Of a stretch of 64,000 nucleotides of DNA, positions 1-13,925 are shown piece after piece. The DNA comes from Prorocentrum cordatum (Eukaryota). Position 1 is the first letter of the stretch, and each line of letters opens with the position of its first letter. The notes beneath the pieces were generated by a model, which was given only the letters and a program-made list of their open reading frames with translations, did not search any database and was not told the origin of the DNA. Position numbers and translations under genes: made by a program. The stretch lies in the NCBI GenBank assembly GCA_963575745.1, contig CAUYUJ010000214.1, positions 124,001 to 188,000 of the forward strand, given 5' to 3'.

Positions 1-638
1 GAGAGCGGAGCAGCGGCGTTCCGCCCCACCGCCCGGGCGGCCCAGGCGAGAGCGGAGTTCCTCTAGCGCTGCAGCGGCACCCGCCCCGCCGCGCCAGAAA
101 AAGCAGCCCGGGCACGTGTGTTCCCCCCCTGCTCGGCGGCGGCGCGCCGCGGGGGGCCCGGGGGGGCGAGGGGGGCCGGGCCTCCTCGCTGGGCCTCTCA
201 GAAGCCCTCGGGCTCATCTCGCCGAGCGCATTCCACTGCTCGGAAGTGCCCACTCGCAAGCGTCAGCAAAAGCGAGGGATGGTCGATGCGATGGGGCCTG
301 TTGGCCCCGGGGAACCCTGGGGGGCCCCTCTTCCAATTCCTCCTCCTCCTCCTCCTCCTCCTCCTCCTCCTCCCCCTCCTCCTCCTCCTCCTCCTTCTCC
401 TCCTCCTCCTCCTCCTCCTCCTCGGCCCTTGGGGGCCCTGGGGGCCCTGGGGCCCCTGGGTGGCCCTGGGGGGCCCTGGGGGGCCCTGGGGGGCCATTGC
501 ACTGCATCGCGTGGCCCTCCCTCTTCAAATTCCTCCTCCTCCTCCTCCTCCTCCTTCTCCTCCTCCTCCTCCTCCTCCTTCTCTTTCTCCTCTCCCTCCT
601 CCTCGGAGCCGTGGTACTCGCAGGACTCGCCGGCGAGG

Positions 639-830
639 TCGGTTCGGTTCGGCCGGTTCGCTTCGGCGGGCCGGTTCGGTTCGGCCAGTTCGGTTCGGCG
701 GGCCGGTTCGGTTCGGCCAGTTCGGTTCGGCGGACCGGTTCGGGCTCGTTCTGCCAGTTCCGGTCGAGGGCGGGTCCGGTTCGGCCAGTTCGGTTCGAGG
801 ACCGGTTCTCTGTTTCCGGTCTGGTTCGCG
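639..830 (+). repeat. (GGTTC)-based short tandem repeat; related tract at about 20665-20820
   Basis: Repeated CGGTTCGGTTCGGCCAGTT. Confidence 0.8.
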
Positions 831-958
831 GCCATACATGCCCGACCTTTATGGAGAGGAAGCATGCTGCCAAATGATTTCCTAACAGATGTTTCAAACA
901 TGTTTTGAGTACGTGAAAAAGCATGGTTGATACATTTCTAGGACATGTCTTACACATG

Positions 959-1578
959 TGGGACACACAAATAAATACACACAAATAAAACACATTCCCC
1001 ATAGTTTCCCATATTTTCTGTTTTTTTTGTCTTCCCCACCACTTCCCATATTTTCCAAAAATTTCTGGGGAGTCCACGATTAATTGTGTCTGTGTGTTTC
1101 TTCCCCTCCTGAAGCACATCTTTAGTTCAATGATAGGACTGTCAGAGTGCCCACTGTCGATGCACCCACAACGCCGGCCCGTGCGCGCCGAAGCCGCGCG
1201 CTCCTCCCCCCCTCGACCCCCGCGGGGTCCCGCTGGCAGGGTCGGCTCCGCCGCGGGGCCCGTGGCCGCCCGAGGGGGCCAGCGGGCGAGCGCACCCCCT
1301 TGGCCGCCGCGGGCAGCAGACACGCAGAGAGGCCCCCGAGGCCCCACGGGAGGCTGCCGTCGAAGGCCCCGTGGACCCTCGGAGGAGGCCTCGAGAGCGC
1401 TCCTCTCTCTCAGGAGGGAAAGAAAACACACAGACACGATCAACCCTCTCGATTCCCCAGAAAAGAGGGGAAACTGTAGGAAGTGGGGGGGAAGACGAAA
1501 ACCCAGGAGATGTGGGAAAACATTGGGACTCCTGCGATTTGTGTGTACTTCTATTTGTGTGTCCCAGGGCCCCCTTCA
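959..1578. mobile_element. MITE-like structure formed by two inverted copies of a ~150-170 bp dispersed repeat (family A)
   Basis: TGGGACACACAAATA...GTGTCTGTGTGTTT (959-1110) is inverted at about 1413-1578. Solo copies occur at about 5924-6084 (+), 51080-51346 (-) and 57858-58017 (-). Confidence 0.65.
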
Positions 1579-1804
1579 TCCTCCCCTCGGTGGGCGGGTG
1601 CACTTCGGGTGCTGGTCTCGGGGAGGCGTCCCGTTTCCCTGCTCCCGCGGGAACGCAGCGCCCTCTGGGAGCGACCGCTCCGACCCGCACTTTCTCTCGG
1701 GCAGAGTTTTGTCGGCGGGGAGGAGGAGGAGGAGGAGGAGGAGGAGGAGGAGGAGGAGGAGGAGGAGGAGGAGGAGGAGGAGGAGGAGGAGGAGGAGGAG
1801 GAGG

Positions 1805-1888
<84 letters not shown>

Positions 1889-2067
1889 AGGAGGAGGAGG
1901 AGGAGGAGGAGGAGGAGGAGGAGGAGGAGGAGGAGGAGGAGGAGGAGGAGGGTGGGGCACCTTAGCGGTGTGCCCCCATCCGTCGCCTGGACTGAAGGCT
2001 GGCTGTGGCAGGCTCTGCCACTTCGGGGGCTGGTTGTGTGGCTGCTCGCTTCCTACTCGGCCTCCCA

Positions 2068-2120
2068 GATGCTGATCATGGTGACGGTGATGATGATACC
2101 GCCGCTGCTGCTGCTGCCGC

Positions 2121-2179
<59 letters not shown>

Positions 2180-2439
2180 CTGATGCTGATGCTGATGCAG
2201 ATGATGATGCTGATGATGATGGTGATGATGGTGATGATGCTGATGATGATGGTAAGCATGATCATGCTGATGATGATGATGGAGGTAATGGTGATGCTAA
2301 TGCTGATGCTGGTGCTGCTGCTGATGATGGTGGTGATGATGATGATGATGTTTTTGGTGACCCTGGTGATGCTGATGATGCTGCTGACCAGGATGATGAT
2401 GGTGGTGATGGTGATGGCGATGATGATGATGATGATGAC

Positions 2440-2479
<40 letters not shown>

Positions 2480-2688
2480 CTGATGATGAGGATGCTGCTC
2501 TTGGTGCTGATGATAGTAGTGGTGAGGATGATGCTGTTGTCGTTGATGATGGCAATGCCGCTGATGATGAGGACAATGATGCTGATGATGTGGCTGATGC
2601 AGATGGTAATGCTGCTCTTGCTGATGACGGTGGTGGTGATGATATGAATGATGATTATAGTGCTGCTGATGCTGCTGATGCTGCTGCC

Positions 2689-2722
<34 letters not shown>

Positions 2723-2872
2723 CTGATGACGATGATGATTATGCGGATGATGATGGTGATGATGATGCTGGTGATGCTGTCGATGATGCTGATGCTGATG
2801 ATGACGATGATGATGATGATGCTGGTGATGATGAGAGTGTGGTGATGCTGATGATGACGAGGAGTATGATTG

Positions 2873-2919
<47 letters not shown>

Positions 2920-3162
2920 CAGCTGAAGGTGATGATGATGAGGATGATGATGAGGACGATGACGATTCTGATGATGATGATGCTGATGCTGATGCTGATG
3001 TTGATGATGATGGTGATGGTGGTGGTGATGATTATGGTGGTGGTGGTGATGATGATGATGTTGATGATGATGCTGATGATGATGATGATGCTGATGCTGA
3101 TGCTGATGCTGATGCTGATGATGATGATGATGATGCTGATGATGATGCTGATGATGATGATA

Positions 3163-3255
<93 letters not shown>
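2068..3255 (+). repeat. Degenerate (GAT)n microsatellite
   Basis: GAT triplets with in-phase GCT/GGT/GAC variants. Confidence 0.95.
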
Positions 3256-6200
3256 TGTCCGCTGCCTCTGCTTTGCCTTCTTGCCAATGGCGGATCCCCA
3301 GGAAGCGTCCAGGCAGGTCTCCCTCACGTGAAGGCGGTCTCTCCTGTTGCACGCAGGTGCGCGAGATCATCCAGTGGCCCTGGGTGGCTCCCCTTCCCTT
3401 TGCCCCCTTCCCCTTCCCTTCCTCCTGCTTCCACTGCCCAGCAACGAGGGGAGGGGGGATCCGCGCGCGCCGTGACCCCTGCACCCCGTACCCACGAAGA
3501 GAGGCACGGCTTCTGCCTGGCGTGCGGAAGCGCTCTCGAGGCGCCGCCGCCCCGCTTCCTGTGGGCCGTGAGAGCGGAAGTCCTCGCGGTCTCCGGCCTC
3601 GGCGGCGACTCCGACGCCGGGAAATTCCTGGGAGCTCATCGGGCAACGGCCCGCAGAGCGGCCCTGGGTTTGCGGCGTCCCTTTCGATGACGTTTACAGC
3701 CGACCCGCAGGGTAAGGATGGGCAACCTTCCCAAGGGTACCCTCCTCGGTCCATCATTGGCCACGTTAGAGTTGGCCGCGCCCCGCTCGGAACGCTTCGA
3801 GATGGCCTTCCAAGGCCCTTGCATCCTCAACGTGCGTCCTTGATGACATGGGTTGGCTGTACTCGGCCGGCCGCGTTGAACAGTTCTCTCCTGAGGTTCC
3901 CTCTCCGTGGACTCTTTGAGAAAGAGCAGAGATTTGAGCCTGCCCCCCTGCAGGTGGGGGTCAAGCCAGCGCGTGTTGTCAAGCAGAAATCCGTCCTCCT
4001 CCCCCTTTAGCTTCCTCCGTCCCCCTTCGCAGCCTCCCCACCCCCACGCCCCCCGCGCAGCCTGCGCAGCTGGCGCGCCCCGCCCCGCCCGCGCGCGCGC
4101 CGCGTGCGCACCGCACGCGCCGTGCGCGCGCGTGCGCTGGAGGTGTCCTCCTCCTCCTCCTCCTCCTCCTCATACTCCTCCTCCCTCCTCTTCCTCCTCC
4201 TCCTCCCCCTCCTCCGCCCTCCTCCCTCCTCCTCCTCCTCCTCCTCCTACTCCTCCTCCACTCATCCTCCACCTCCCCTCCTCCTCCTCCTCCTCCTCAT
4301 TCCCCCTCTCCTCCTCCTCCTCTCCTCCTGCCCTCCTCTCATCCTCCTCCTCTCCTCCTCCTCCTCCTCCTCCTCCTCCTCCTTCCTCTCCCTCCTCCTC
4401 CTCTCCTCCTCTCCTTTCCTCCTCCTTCTCCTCCTCCTGCTCCTCCTCCTCCTCCTCATCCTCCTCCCCTCCTCTCCCTCCCTCCTCTCCCTCTCCTCCT
4501 CCTCCTCCTCCTCCTCCCTCCTCCTTCTTCCTCCTCCTCCTCTCCTCCTCCTCCTCCTCCTCCCCCTCCTCCTCTACCCCCCCCTGTCGGCTCCGATGGC
4601 ACGGCCGCCGCTGGTGGGCGCCGGTCGCCCCAGGTCGGTGCCGTGCGTCCAGTGCCGCCGCCCGCAGCCCGCGGGGTGCCAGGCCTCGTACGCCGAGGCG
4701 CGCCCTGCGCTGTGCATTTTCCGATGCGATCGTCGTACAGTCGAGTCGTTGACCTAAGGAACCCTAAATAAAGAACGGGGCCCCATTTTTCCATAAGTCA
4801 AACTTTGACTTCCCATTGAAAACCTAAGGAAAACCTCAGGCAAGCTGCAACACAATGAAGGAACACGGAGCCCCTCCCCAACGAGAAGGGTTCCTTCTTC
4901 AGCGCCCCGACTGTAGGCGGTGTCTCTTCACCGCCTGGCTGTGTCCACGTCCACTGCTGCGGCTTCGTGCCCAGGGGCTTCAGGGGAGTGCTGGATCCGG
5001 ACACCTGCCCGCCCTGGGAGGCGGGAGGATGTGCACATCCACCACCCGTCGGGATTCCAGGGCGCGGCTCCGAAGCAGTGGATGTGGACACACTCAGGGC
5101 TCTGTGCAGTTTCCCCCCCCATCGCCGAGTGCCGCGTGAAAAGCCTGGCCGCTCCGAACAAAACCAAGGGGGGAGCCCTGGGATGCACCCCCACGGGGGG
5201 GCTCTTTGGGGCGCACCCCCCATGTCGAGGGGGGGCGCCCCCCCCTATCGTAGCTCCCAGGGTTGGGCCCCAAATTTTCTGGACCAGTTGAGAAAGTCTC
5301 CCAGAACGCCTGGGATAGGGGTCGACCTGTCTCCTGTCAGGGATCGAGCCCGTCCGACGCGAGAGAGTGCGATGCCGGCTCGGTTTCAATCCGATTCGAT
5401 GTCCACCCGATGCACGCCAGGCTCGGTGCGGTTTCCGATCCGGGTCGGTATCCGAATAGGGGATCGACTACATAATCTATGTGTTCCAAGAGTGACTTCC
5501 CCGCCGAATATGCAAGAAGCGCTGAGACCGTTTGCAAATTAATGGGGCAGTCTACGCATTGTTCGTAGATTCGGGCGGCAAACCATTTCGGGGGTACGGT
5601 GGGGGCGTTGCGTAAGGAATGTGCCCAGGAGGCTCCAGACCCTGGAGGATTCCTTGTCTCATGAGGGCGCTGGCGATACCCATGGCCGATCCACAATTGG
5701 AATGCCGCTGGCTTCCAGACACTGGATTCCTCATCCAAGGTTTCCTTATCCAATGCTTCTGCCGTACATCAATTCTGCGGTCGATCCCCTGCTCGAGGTG
5801 CGCCGAATATGCAGGAAACGCGTAGAACGTTCGCAGACCAGCGGGACAGTCCACGCATTCCTCGTGGATGTCGGCGGGGGATCAAGTCGGGGGTACATCA
5901 ATCCTGCAGTCGATCCCCGACTCTGAAGGGACCCTGGGACACACAAATAAAGACACACAGAAATAACAGGATTCCACATATTTTCCCATATTTCCGGGGT
6001 TTTTGTCGCCCCCCCAACTCCGACATTTTCCCATATTTTTTGGGGAATCGACGATTACTTGTGTCTGTGTGTTTTTTCTTCCCTGAACCAGCTATACACC
6101 AACACCGACCCTGGCCAGGATCACCCTGGGCCCAGGATCGGTGTATACGCCCTCCTGCCTGGGGCAAGAAGGCACATACACCGATCCTGGGCCCAGGACT

Positions 6201-6924
6201 GGCCTGGCCAAGATCGGCGTTGGTGCGTAGTTGGTGCCCTCCGGGTATTTTTTTCCTTCCTGATGCTCGAGGCACTGCCCGGCGGCGCCGGCCGCCGGGC
6301 GGCGGGTGGGGCCCGCGGGCACTGCCTGGGCCCCGCGCGCGGAGGGCGCCCCTCTCCCCCGAGGCAGGGCGGCGGGCTCCACGGGGGTTGTCGGCGCGGA
6401 GTGCCCCCCCCCCCCCCCGCCGGGGGGGCGTGGGCGAAGAGGGGGGAGGGGGAGGGGAGGGGGAGTGGGAGGAGGAGGGGAGAGGAGGAGGAGGAGGAGG
6501 AGGAGGAGGAGGAGGGGAGGAGGGGGGAGGGGGAGGGGGAGGGGGAGGAGGAGGAGGAGGAGGAGGAGGAGGAGGAGGAGGAGGAGGAGGATGAGGAGGG
6601 AGGAGGAGGAGGAGGAGGAGGAGGAGGAGGAGGGAGGAGGAGGAGGAGGAGGAAGGAGGAGGAGGAGGGAGAGGAGGAGGAGGGAGGAGGAGAGGAGGAG
6701 GAGGAGGAGGAGGAGGAGGAGGAGGAGGGGAGGAGGAGGAGGAGGAGGGGGAGGAGGAGGAGGGAGGAGGAGGGGAGGGGAGGGGGAGGAGAGGAGGAGG
6801 AGGAGGAGGAGGAGGGGAGGAGGAGGAGGAGGAGGAGGAGGAAAAGGAGGGAGACGGCAGGAGCTGGAATACATAGTATCATCCATACAGTTGGGCTCAA
6901 GTGACGGGGGCCGATGCAAACGGG

Positions 6925-7125
6925 CTCAGCCAGAGCGCCCGATCTTGCAGGATCCTACAGGGCCTGGGGCGCACTGACCCGGGCATGGGTGCAGGATCCT
7001 TCAGGATTTTGCGGGATCCTTCGCATGGACCCGTGTTTGGGTGAAGGTTCTTGCAGGATCTTGCAGGAGTCTGCAAGGCCTGGCTGACCCGGGTTTGGAT
7101 TGACGTGGGTCAGAAGATCCCCGAT
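6925..7125 (+). repeat. Dispersed repeat (family B, GCAGGATCTT-rich); second copy at about 47838-47995
   Basis: Shared CAGCCA..GATCTTGC.GGATCCT..AG..GCACTGACCC.GGC...TGCAGGATCCT...CTGACC.GGGTTTG..AGATCCC. Confidence 0.7.
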
Positions 7126-10100
7126 GAGCGTGGGGATGAAGGGGTGGGGAGGAAGAAAATGGGGAGGAGGAGGAGGAGGAGGAGGAGGAGGAGGAGGAGG
7201 AGGAGGAGGAGGAGGAGGAGAGGAGGAGGAGGTGGAGGAGGAGGGTGAGGAAGAAGAGAGGGAGGAACATGGCACGATTCTGTATCCACGTGAGGGGGAC
7301 CAGTGACCAACTTCAACATCGCCCATCTTCCTCCCGCCCTTGCTCTGCCCCATCTCTTGCCCTCTCTCGTCACCCCTCCTCCCTCCTCCCCGGCCCCAGT
7401 TGGCTCCTCCTTCCTCCCACCGTCCTCTTCGACCCCCCCCCTCTTCGCCTCGCCCCCCCCCCCCCCCCTCCCCCTTCCTCCTCCCTCTCCCCTCCTCTCC
7501 CCTCCTGCTCTCCCCTCCTCCCCTCCTGCCCCTCCCCCTCCTCCTCCCTCCCTCCCTCTCCTGCCCCCCCTCCCCGCCCCCCGTCCTCCTGGCCCCCCTC
7601 CTGCGACCTTTGCTCCCCCCCCCCCTCCGCCCGGCCCTTCGCCAGGCCCTGCAGCGGCCCGTCCTGGAGCCCGGCTGCCGACACGGCGCCGGGGGCCCCC
7701 CGCCCTGCCCGTTTGGCCGTCTGCCGGCCGGTCCGTGCGTGCGTCCGTCGGGTCCGTCTGTCGGTCTGCCCTGCCCGTCCGTGCGTCCGGCCGTCCGGCC
7801 CGCCCGTCCGGCCGTCGCGCTCTCTCTGTCTCTCTCTCTCTGTCTCTCTCTCTCTCTGTCTCTCTCTCTGTCTCTGCCTCGATCTCTGTTGCTGGCATGC
7901 GTGTTTTTTTGTTGGGGGGGGGGCGCTGAGCTTCGACCGGAAGCGGCTCGCTCTCGACCCGCGGATCAAAAAGGTGTTTTTTTGGGGGGTTCTCTCTCTC
8001 TCTCTGTCTCTCGTGCACGCGCAAAATTATAAGGGGGGCCGTGGCCAGGCCCCCCCCCCCGCCGCTGCCTCGACCACAGCACGGGGGGCAGTGGCCGGAG
8101 AGCGTCCCGTCAGACGGGCCCGGGATGCCCGGAAGGCTTCCCGAGAGGGCCTGGACTCGGCCCAGCATCGGGGGCGGCCACGGGGCAGGGGGGGGGGCCA
8201 GCGGGGTTGGTATCATGGCGGGGGCCATGAGATCTCCCCAGATCTTGCGGCGCGTCTTCTCGTTTCAATGCGTCCCCAGGCCCCCTCCCCCTCTGGGCCG
8301 CGCGCGTGCCGCCAGCCACGATTTGCACCCCCTCCCCCCCCCTCTTGGACGCCCCCCTATAGAGGACGCCCCCGCAACAGCGGGCGGCGCGCCGAGGGGA
8401 GGAGAGTGAGGGGGGGGGCGAGCCTTCGCGGAGGCGGCGGGGATTTTCCGAGGCCCGCGGGCCGTGGGTGGCTTCGGAGGAGGCCTGGAGCGCTTCTCGG
8501 AGGGCCGGGGCCCCGACGGGTTTTCTCAGAAGGCCCGCCACGCGCCGTCGGAAGAAGGCTTGAAGACTTCCCTGGAGGCTTCCTAGCCGCTCCAAGCGCG
8601 GTGCAAGACATCTGACACGAGGCCTCAGAAAGGCCAACCGCCATTCAGCAACACCAGATGTATCACCTTTGTCTGTCTTGGCCCACGAGACTCCCAAGGA
8701 GAGCCCGCGCGACCCATCATGGCCTCCGAGGCTCCTCAGCTGGCCCCGAGCCTGCCCGAGGTGGGGCCCGAAGCGGCCCACGAGGGCCCCGGGGACGGCC
8801 CAAGACAGCGAGATAGGGGGCTCCGGGAGGACCCCTGGCAGGCCCGAAGTCGGCCCCGAGGGGCCCGAAGCGGCCCGAGAGGGCCCCCGGGACGGCCCAG
8901 GACAGCGTGAAGGGGGCTCCGGGATGGACCCCTGGGCAGGCCCGAAATCGGCCCCGAGGGGCCCGAAGCGGCCCAGGAGGGCCCCAGGAGAGCACGCGAG
9001 GTCCCCAAGGCGTCCCAGGGGAGCCCCAGGAGGCCCCCAAGAGGGGAGGAGGGAGGAGGAGGGAGGGGGAGGAGGCGGAGGCGGAGGCGGAGGGGAGGGG
9101 GAGGAGGAGGAGGAGGAGGAGGAGGAGGAGGAGGAGGGGAGGAGGAGGAGGAGGGGAGGAGGAGGAGGAGGAGGAGGGGAGGAGGAGGAGGAGGAGGAGG
9201 AGGAGGAGAGGAGGAGGAGGAGGAGGAGGAGGAGGAGGAGGAGGAGGAGGAGGTGGAGGTGGAGGTGGAGGTGGAGGTGGAGGTGGAGGTGGAGGTGGAG
9301 GGAGGAGGAGGAGGGGGAGGAGGAGGGCGGCCCCCCGAAGAGCCCCGAGACGGCCCCACGGCGGCCTCAGCGGGCCCTCAGAGAATTTTACTCGGCGGAG
9401 GCCGGGGGAAGGGTCCGCGGAGGCTGGCGGGAGCAGAACCAGGGCGGCTTTTCCGGCGAAGGCGCGGCGGAAGCCGGCAGGAGTGCCTCCCCGAAGGAGA
9501 TAGGTCACCGCCGGTGTGCCCAGGGTTTCCCAGAGCCCAGCAGTGTGGCGGTCTTCTGATTCGTGCTCGGATGCTTTTGACGGTCGCATACGGGAGCAGC
9601 GCTCCCGCACAAGCGAGGCAATTCACTGCAGGGGCACGTCAGCCTCGGGCAGTCGACACCCTTCTGCGGCTGCGGCACACATGTGCTGCACGCTCTAGCT
9701 GTCCACCGATGCAGTGCCGATACCTGCTGTTGCTTGCGCAGCGCATCGCTCACGCTCTCTAAGATTGTGTGTGTCCTTGGGTTTGCTCAGGCGCAGGAGG
9801 ATGAGGACTATTGACAGGGCCCCCAGATGGCACCCCGCAGGAGGAGCCACTCAGCAGCATAATAAACACGCCTTGAGGAGAATGAGGAGAAGGCGGAGGA
9901 GGAAGGAGAGGAGACGGAGCAGGGACGGAAGAGGGAATGAAAAGGGGAAGCAGTGGAGGAATGCAGGAGGAGGGAATCAGGCGATGCGTGCAAAGAGGAG
10001 GAGGAGGAGGAGGAGGAGGAGGAGGAGGAGGAGGAGGAGGAGCAGGTGGAGGAGGAGTATGAGGATGAGGAGGGGGAAGAGGAGGGTGATGAGGAGCAGG

Positions 10101-10176
10101 AGGAGGTGAAGGAGGAGGAGGAGGATGAGCGAGGGCGAGGAGGAGGAGGAGGAGGAGGAGGAGGAGGAGTAGAGGG

Positions 10177-10706
10177 ATGATGCTAATGCTGCTGCTGATG
10201 ATGATGCCGATTAGCATGAGGACGAACCTGATGATGATGATGATGCTGATGATGATGATGATGATGATGATGACGATGCTGATGTTGATGCTGCTGATGA
10301 TGATGATGCTGATGATGGTGATGATGATGATGATGCTGATGATGATTATGTGCTGATGGTGATGCTGATGATGGTATGACGATGGTGATAATGCTGCTGC
10401 TGATGATGATTATGCTGTTGACGCTGATGATGATGCTGATACTGATGATCATGACAAGGTGATGATGCTGCTGATGATGATGACGATGCTGATAATGATG
10501 ATGATGCTGATGCTGATGATGATGATGATGATGATGATGCTGCTGTCGATGATGCTGATGATGCTGATGCTGATGATGCTGATGATGCTGATGACGCAGC
10601 GGATGGGGATGATGCTGCTGATGATGATGACGATGATGATGTTGATCAGGATGTTGATGAGGATGCTGATGCTGTTGCTGCTGCTGCTGCTGATGATGAT
10701 GATGAC

Positions 10707-10740
<34 letters not shown>

Positions 10741-10747
10741 CTGATGC

Positions 10748-10826
<79 letters not shown>

Positions 10827-13091
10827 AAAGGAGGAGGAGGAGGAGGAGGAGGAGGAGGAGGAGGAGGAGGAGGAGTTGGAGCGAGGGCGAGGAGGAGTTG
10901 GATATCATCGGGACACCATCGGAAGTCGATCCGGACAGGCGAGATGTGTTCTACCGGGGGGGGGGATCTGTCGCCGCCTCGCCTCGCCCGCGCGCGCGGC
11001 GTGCGCCCGAACCCGACTCCAATTTGTTTCCGTTGGTGGTGGGGAGGGTGGGGTGGGGTGCGCCCTTCTTCGCTTCTGTGCCCCCCTCCCGAAGCCTCCA
11101 ATCCAAGATGGGACGGTCGGCATGCGACGAGGATCACAGGCATTGAGAGGGGCATTGTGGGTGAGTGGTGAGGCGGGGGCGGGTGGGGGGGGGGTGGAGG
11201 GAGGATCGCATGGGGGGGGGCGAGAGGGCCTGACGGCTGTCGAGGGACCCAGTAGACGCCTTCCTCCCCTCTTCCTCCCTGCTGTCTCCTTCCTCCCTCC
11301 TGCCTCCTCCGTCCTGCCCCCTCCCTCCTCATTCCTTCCCCCCTCTGCTTGCTCCCTCTCCTCTATCCTCTGTCTGTTTCGACAGGGGATGAAGGAGAGG
11401 AGGCAGAACCGAGGAGAGGAAGAGAGTGTTGGTGCGGCGGCGACGGTGATGATGAGGACGATGATGATCGTGATATGACGATTACCATGTGTACACCGAT
11501 GATGATCATGATGATCAGGGTGCTAATGATGTCGATAGCGATGTCGATGCTGAGACGGCTGATGAAAAACATGACGATTACGATGCTGATTATGCTGATG
11601 ATGATGCGGCTTCTGATGTTGATGATGCCGATTATGCCAATTCTGATGATGCTGATATGGCTGATATCGATGGCGATGATGCCGACGACGACGATGCTGC
11701 TGATGATGATGCTGATAGTTGCGTAATGCTGGAGAAGGTCATGCTTACAGCGATGTTGATGCTGCTGATGATGAGGGCGATCGCGATGGTGATCATGATT
11801 ACGCTGCCGATGCTGGTAATGCTGATGATGGTGCTGACGACACTGCTTTGACAATGGTGTCGATAATGACAGCGGTGACGACAATAACGATGCTGATGCT
11901 GATGCTGATGGTGGTGATGCTAATGTTGATGATGATGATGCTGGTGATGATTATGATGATGATGCTGCTGCTGATGCTGATTAGGCTGCTGCTGATGGTG
12001 ATGGGGATGATGGTAACGATGATGCAACTGCCGATGCTGAGTATGCTATGATGTTGCTGCTGATGCTGAATACGGTAAGGACGATGACCACGATGATGAT
12101 ACTGGTTACGATGATGATGCCGACGATGGTGCTGATGCTGATGATGATGCTGCTGATGATGATGAGGCATATGATGATGATGATACCGATGGTACTGGTG
12201 ATGCTGATGATGCTGATGATTATGATGATGATAATGATGATGCCGATGACGATGTGGTCGATGATGATGATGCTGATGATGCCGATGATGATGGTTGTGG
12301 TGGTGATGATGGTGGTGGTGGTACTGGTGGTGGATGGTGAAGGTGACGACGACGATGATGAGGAGGAGGATTCTGATGCTGACCAAGAGTAGGACGAAGA
12401 CGATGCAGATAATGGCGAACATGCTGACGCCGATAACGACGACGACGATGATGACGATTATGATGATGACGATGTTGATGATGATGCGGATGATGTTGAT
12501 GATGGTGATAGTGTTGTTGGTGGTGGTGACGATGATGAGGACGATGATGCTGATGATGATGTTGATGATGCTGATAATCATGGTAAGGCTGCTGATGCTT
12601 ATGATGCTGATGCTGATGATGGTGATGCTGGTATTTATGTTGATGATGCTGCTGATGATGATGCTGATGATGCTGATGATGCTGATGCTGATGATGATGA
12701 TGACGTTGATGCTGCTGTCGGTCATGATGAGGATGAGGATGATGATGACGATGATTCCGATCATGTTTATGATGGTGCTGATCATGAAGATGAACATGCT
12801 GCAAACGTTGATGATGCTGCTGATGATGATGATGATGATGATGATGGTGAGAATGATGACGATGGTGCTGATGATGATGACTATGCTGACGATGATGATG
12901 ATGATGCTGCTGATGATGATGATGATGCTGATGACGATGATGATGAGGATGCTGATGCTGATGATGATGATGCTTAGGAGGAGGAGGAGGAGGAGGAGGA
13001 GGAGGAGGTTGTGCAGGAGGAGGAGGAGGAAGAGGAGGAGGAGGGGGAGCAGGAGGGTGAGGATGGGGATGAGGATGAGGATGAGGATGAA

Positions 13092-13148
<57 letters not shown>

Positions 13149-13221
13149 GATGATGATGATGATGATGATGATGATGATATGATGATGATGATGATGCTGA
13201 TGATGATGATGATGATGATGC

Positions 13222-13271
<50 letters not shown>

Positions 13272-13925
13272 CTGATGATGCTGATGATGATGATGATGAT
13301 GATGATGATGAGGATGATGGAGATGAGAGGGAGGAGGAGGAGGAGGAGAGGAGGAGGAGGAGGAGGAGGAGGAAGAGGAGGGGTTGCAGGAGGAGCAGGA
13401 GATGAGGATTCAGGAGGAGGAAAAGGGGAGAGGAGCAGAAGGAGAGGAGGAGGAGGAGAAAGAAGGAGCGGAGGAGGAGAAGGAGGAGGAGGAGCAAGGA
13501 GGAGGAGGAGGGCAGGAGAAGAAGAGAGGAGGGGGGAGGGAGGAGGAGCAGGGGGAGGTGCAGGAGGAGGTGGGAGGAGGAGGGAGGAAGGGAGGAGCAG
13601 GGGGAGGAGGAAGAGGAGCAGGGGAGGAGAAAGAGAGGAGGAGGAGGAGGAGCAGTATGAGGAGGAGGAGGAGGAGGAGGGAGGAGGAGGAGGGGAGGAG
13701 GAGGAGCAGGAGGGGAGGAGCATGAGGAGGAGGAGGAGGGGGAGGAGGAGGAGGAGCAGGGGAGGTGCAGGAAGAGGAGGAGGAGGAGGAGGAGGAGGAG
13801 GAGAGGAGGAGGAGGAGGAGGAGGAGGAGCAGGAGGAGGAGGACCAGGATGAGGAGGAGGAATAGCAGGAGGAGGAGGAGGAGGAGGAGGAGGAGGAGGA
13901 GGAGGAGGAGGAGGAGGAGGAGGAT
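10177..13925 (+). repeat. Compound degenerate (GAT)n/(GAG)n microsatellite region, with a unique insert at about 10880-11445
   Basis: Direct inspection. Confidence 0.9.

Noticed and set aside
1094..3690. Long poly-Asp/Met/His ORFs (also 10183-14296 and 62866-63847)
   Set aside because: Translations of degenerate (GAT)n microsatellites; open in several frames on both strands, with no domain content.
3907..9762. Many Pro/Glu/Gly/Arg-rich ORFs
   Set aside because: Derived from (GAG/CTC)n tracts and GC-rich low-complexity DNA.
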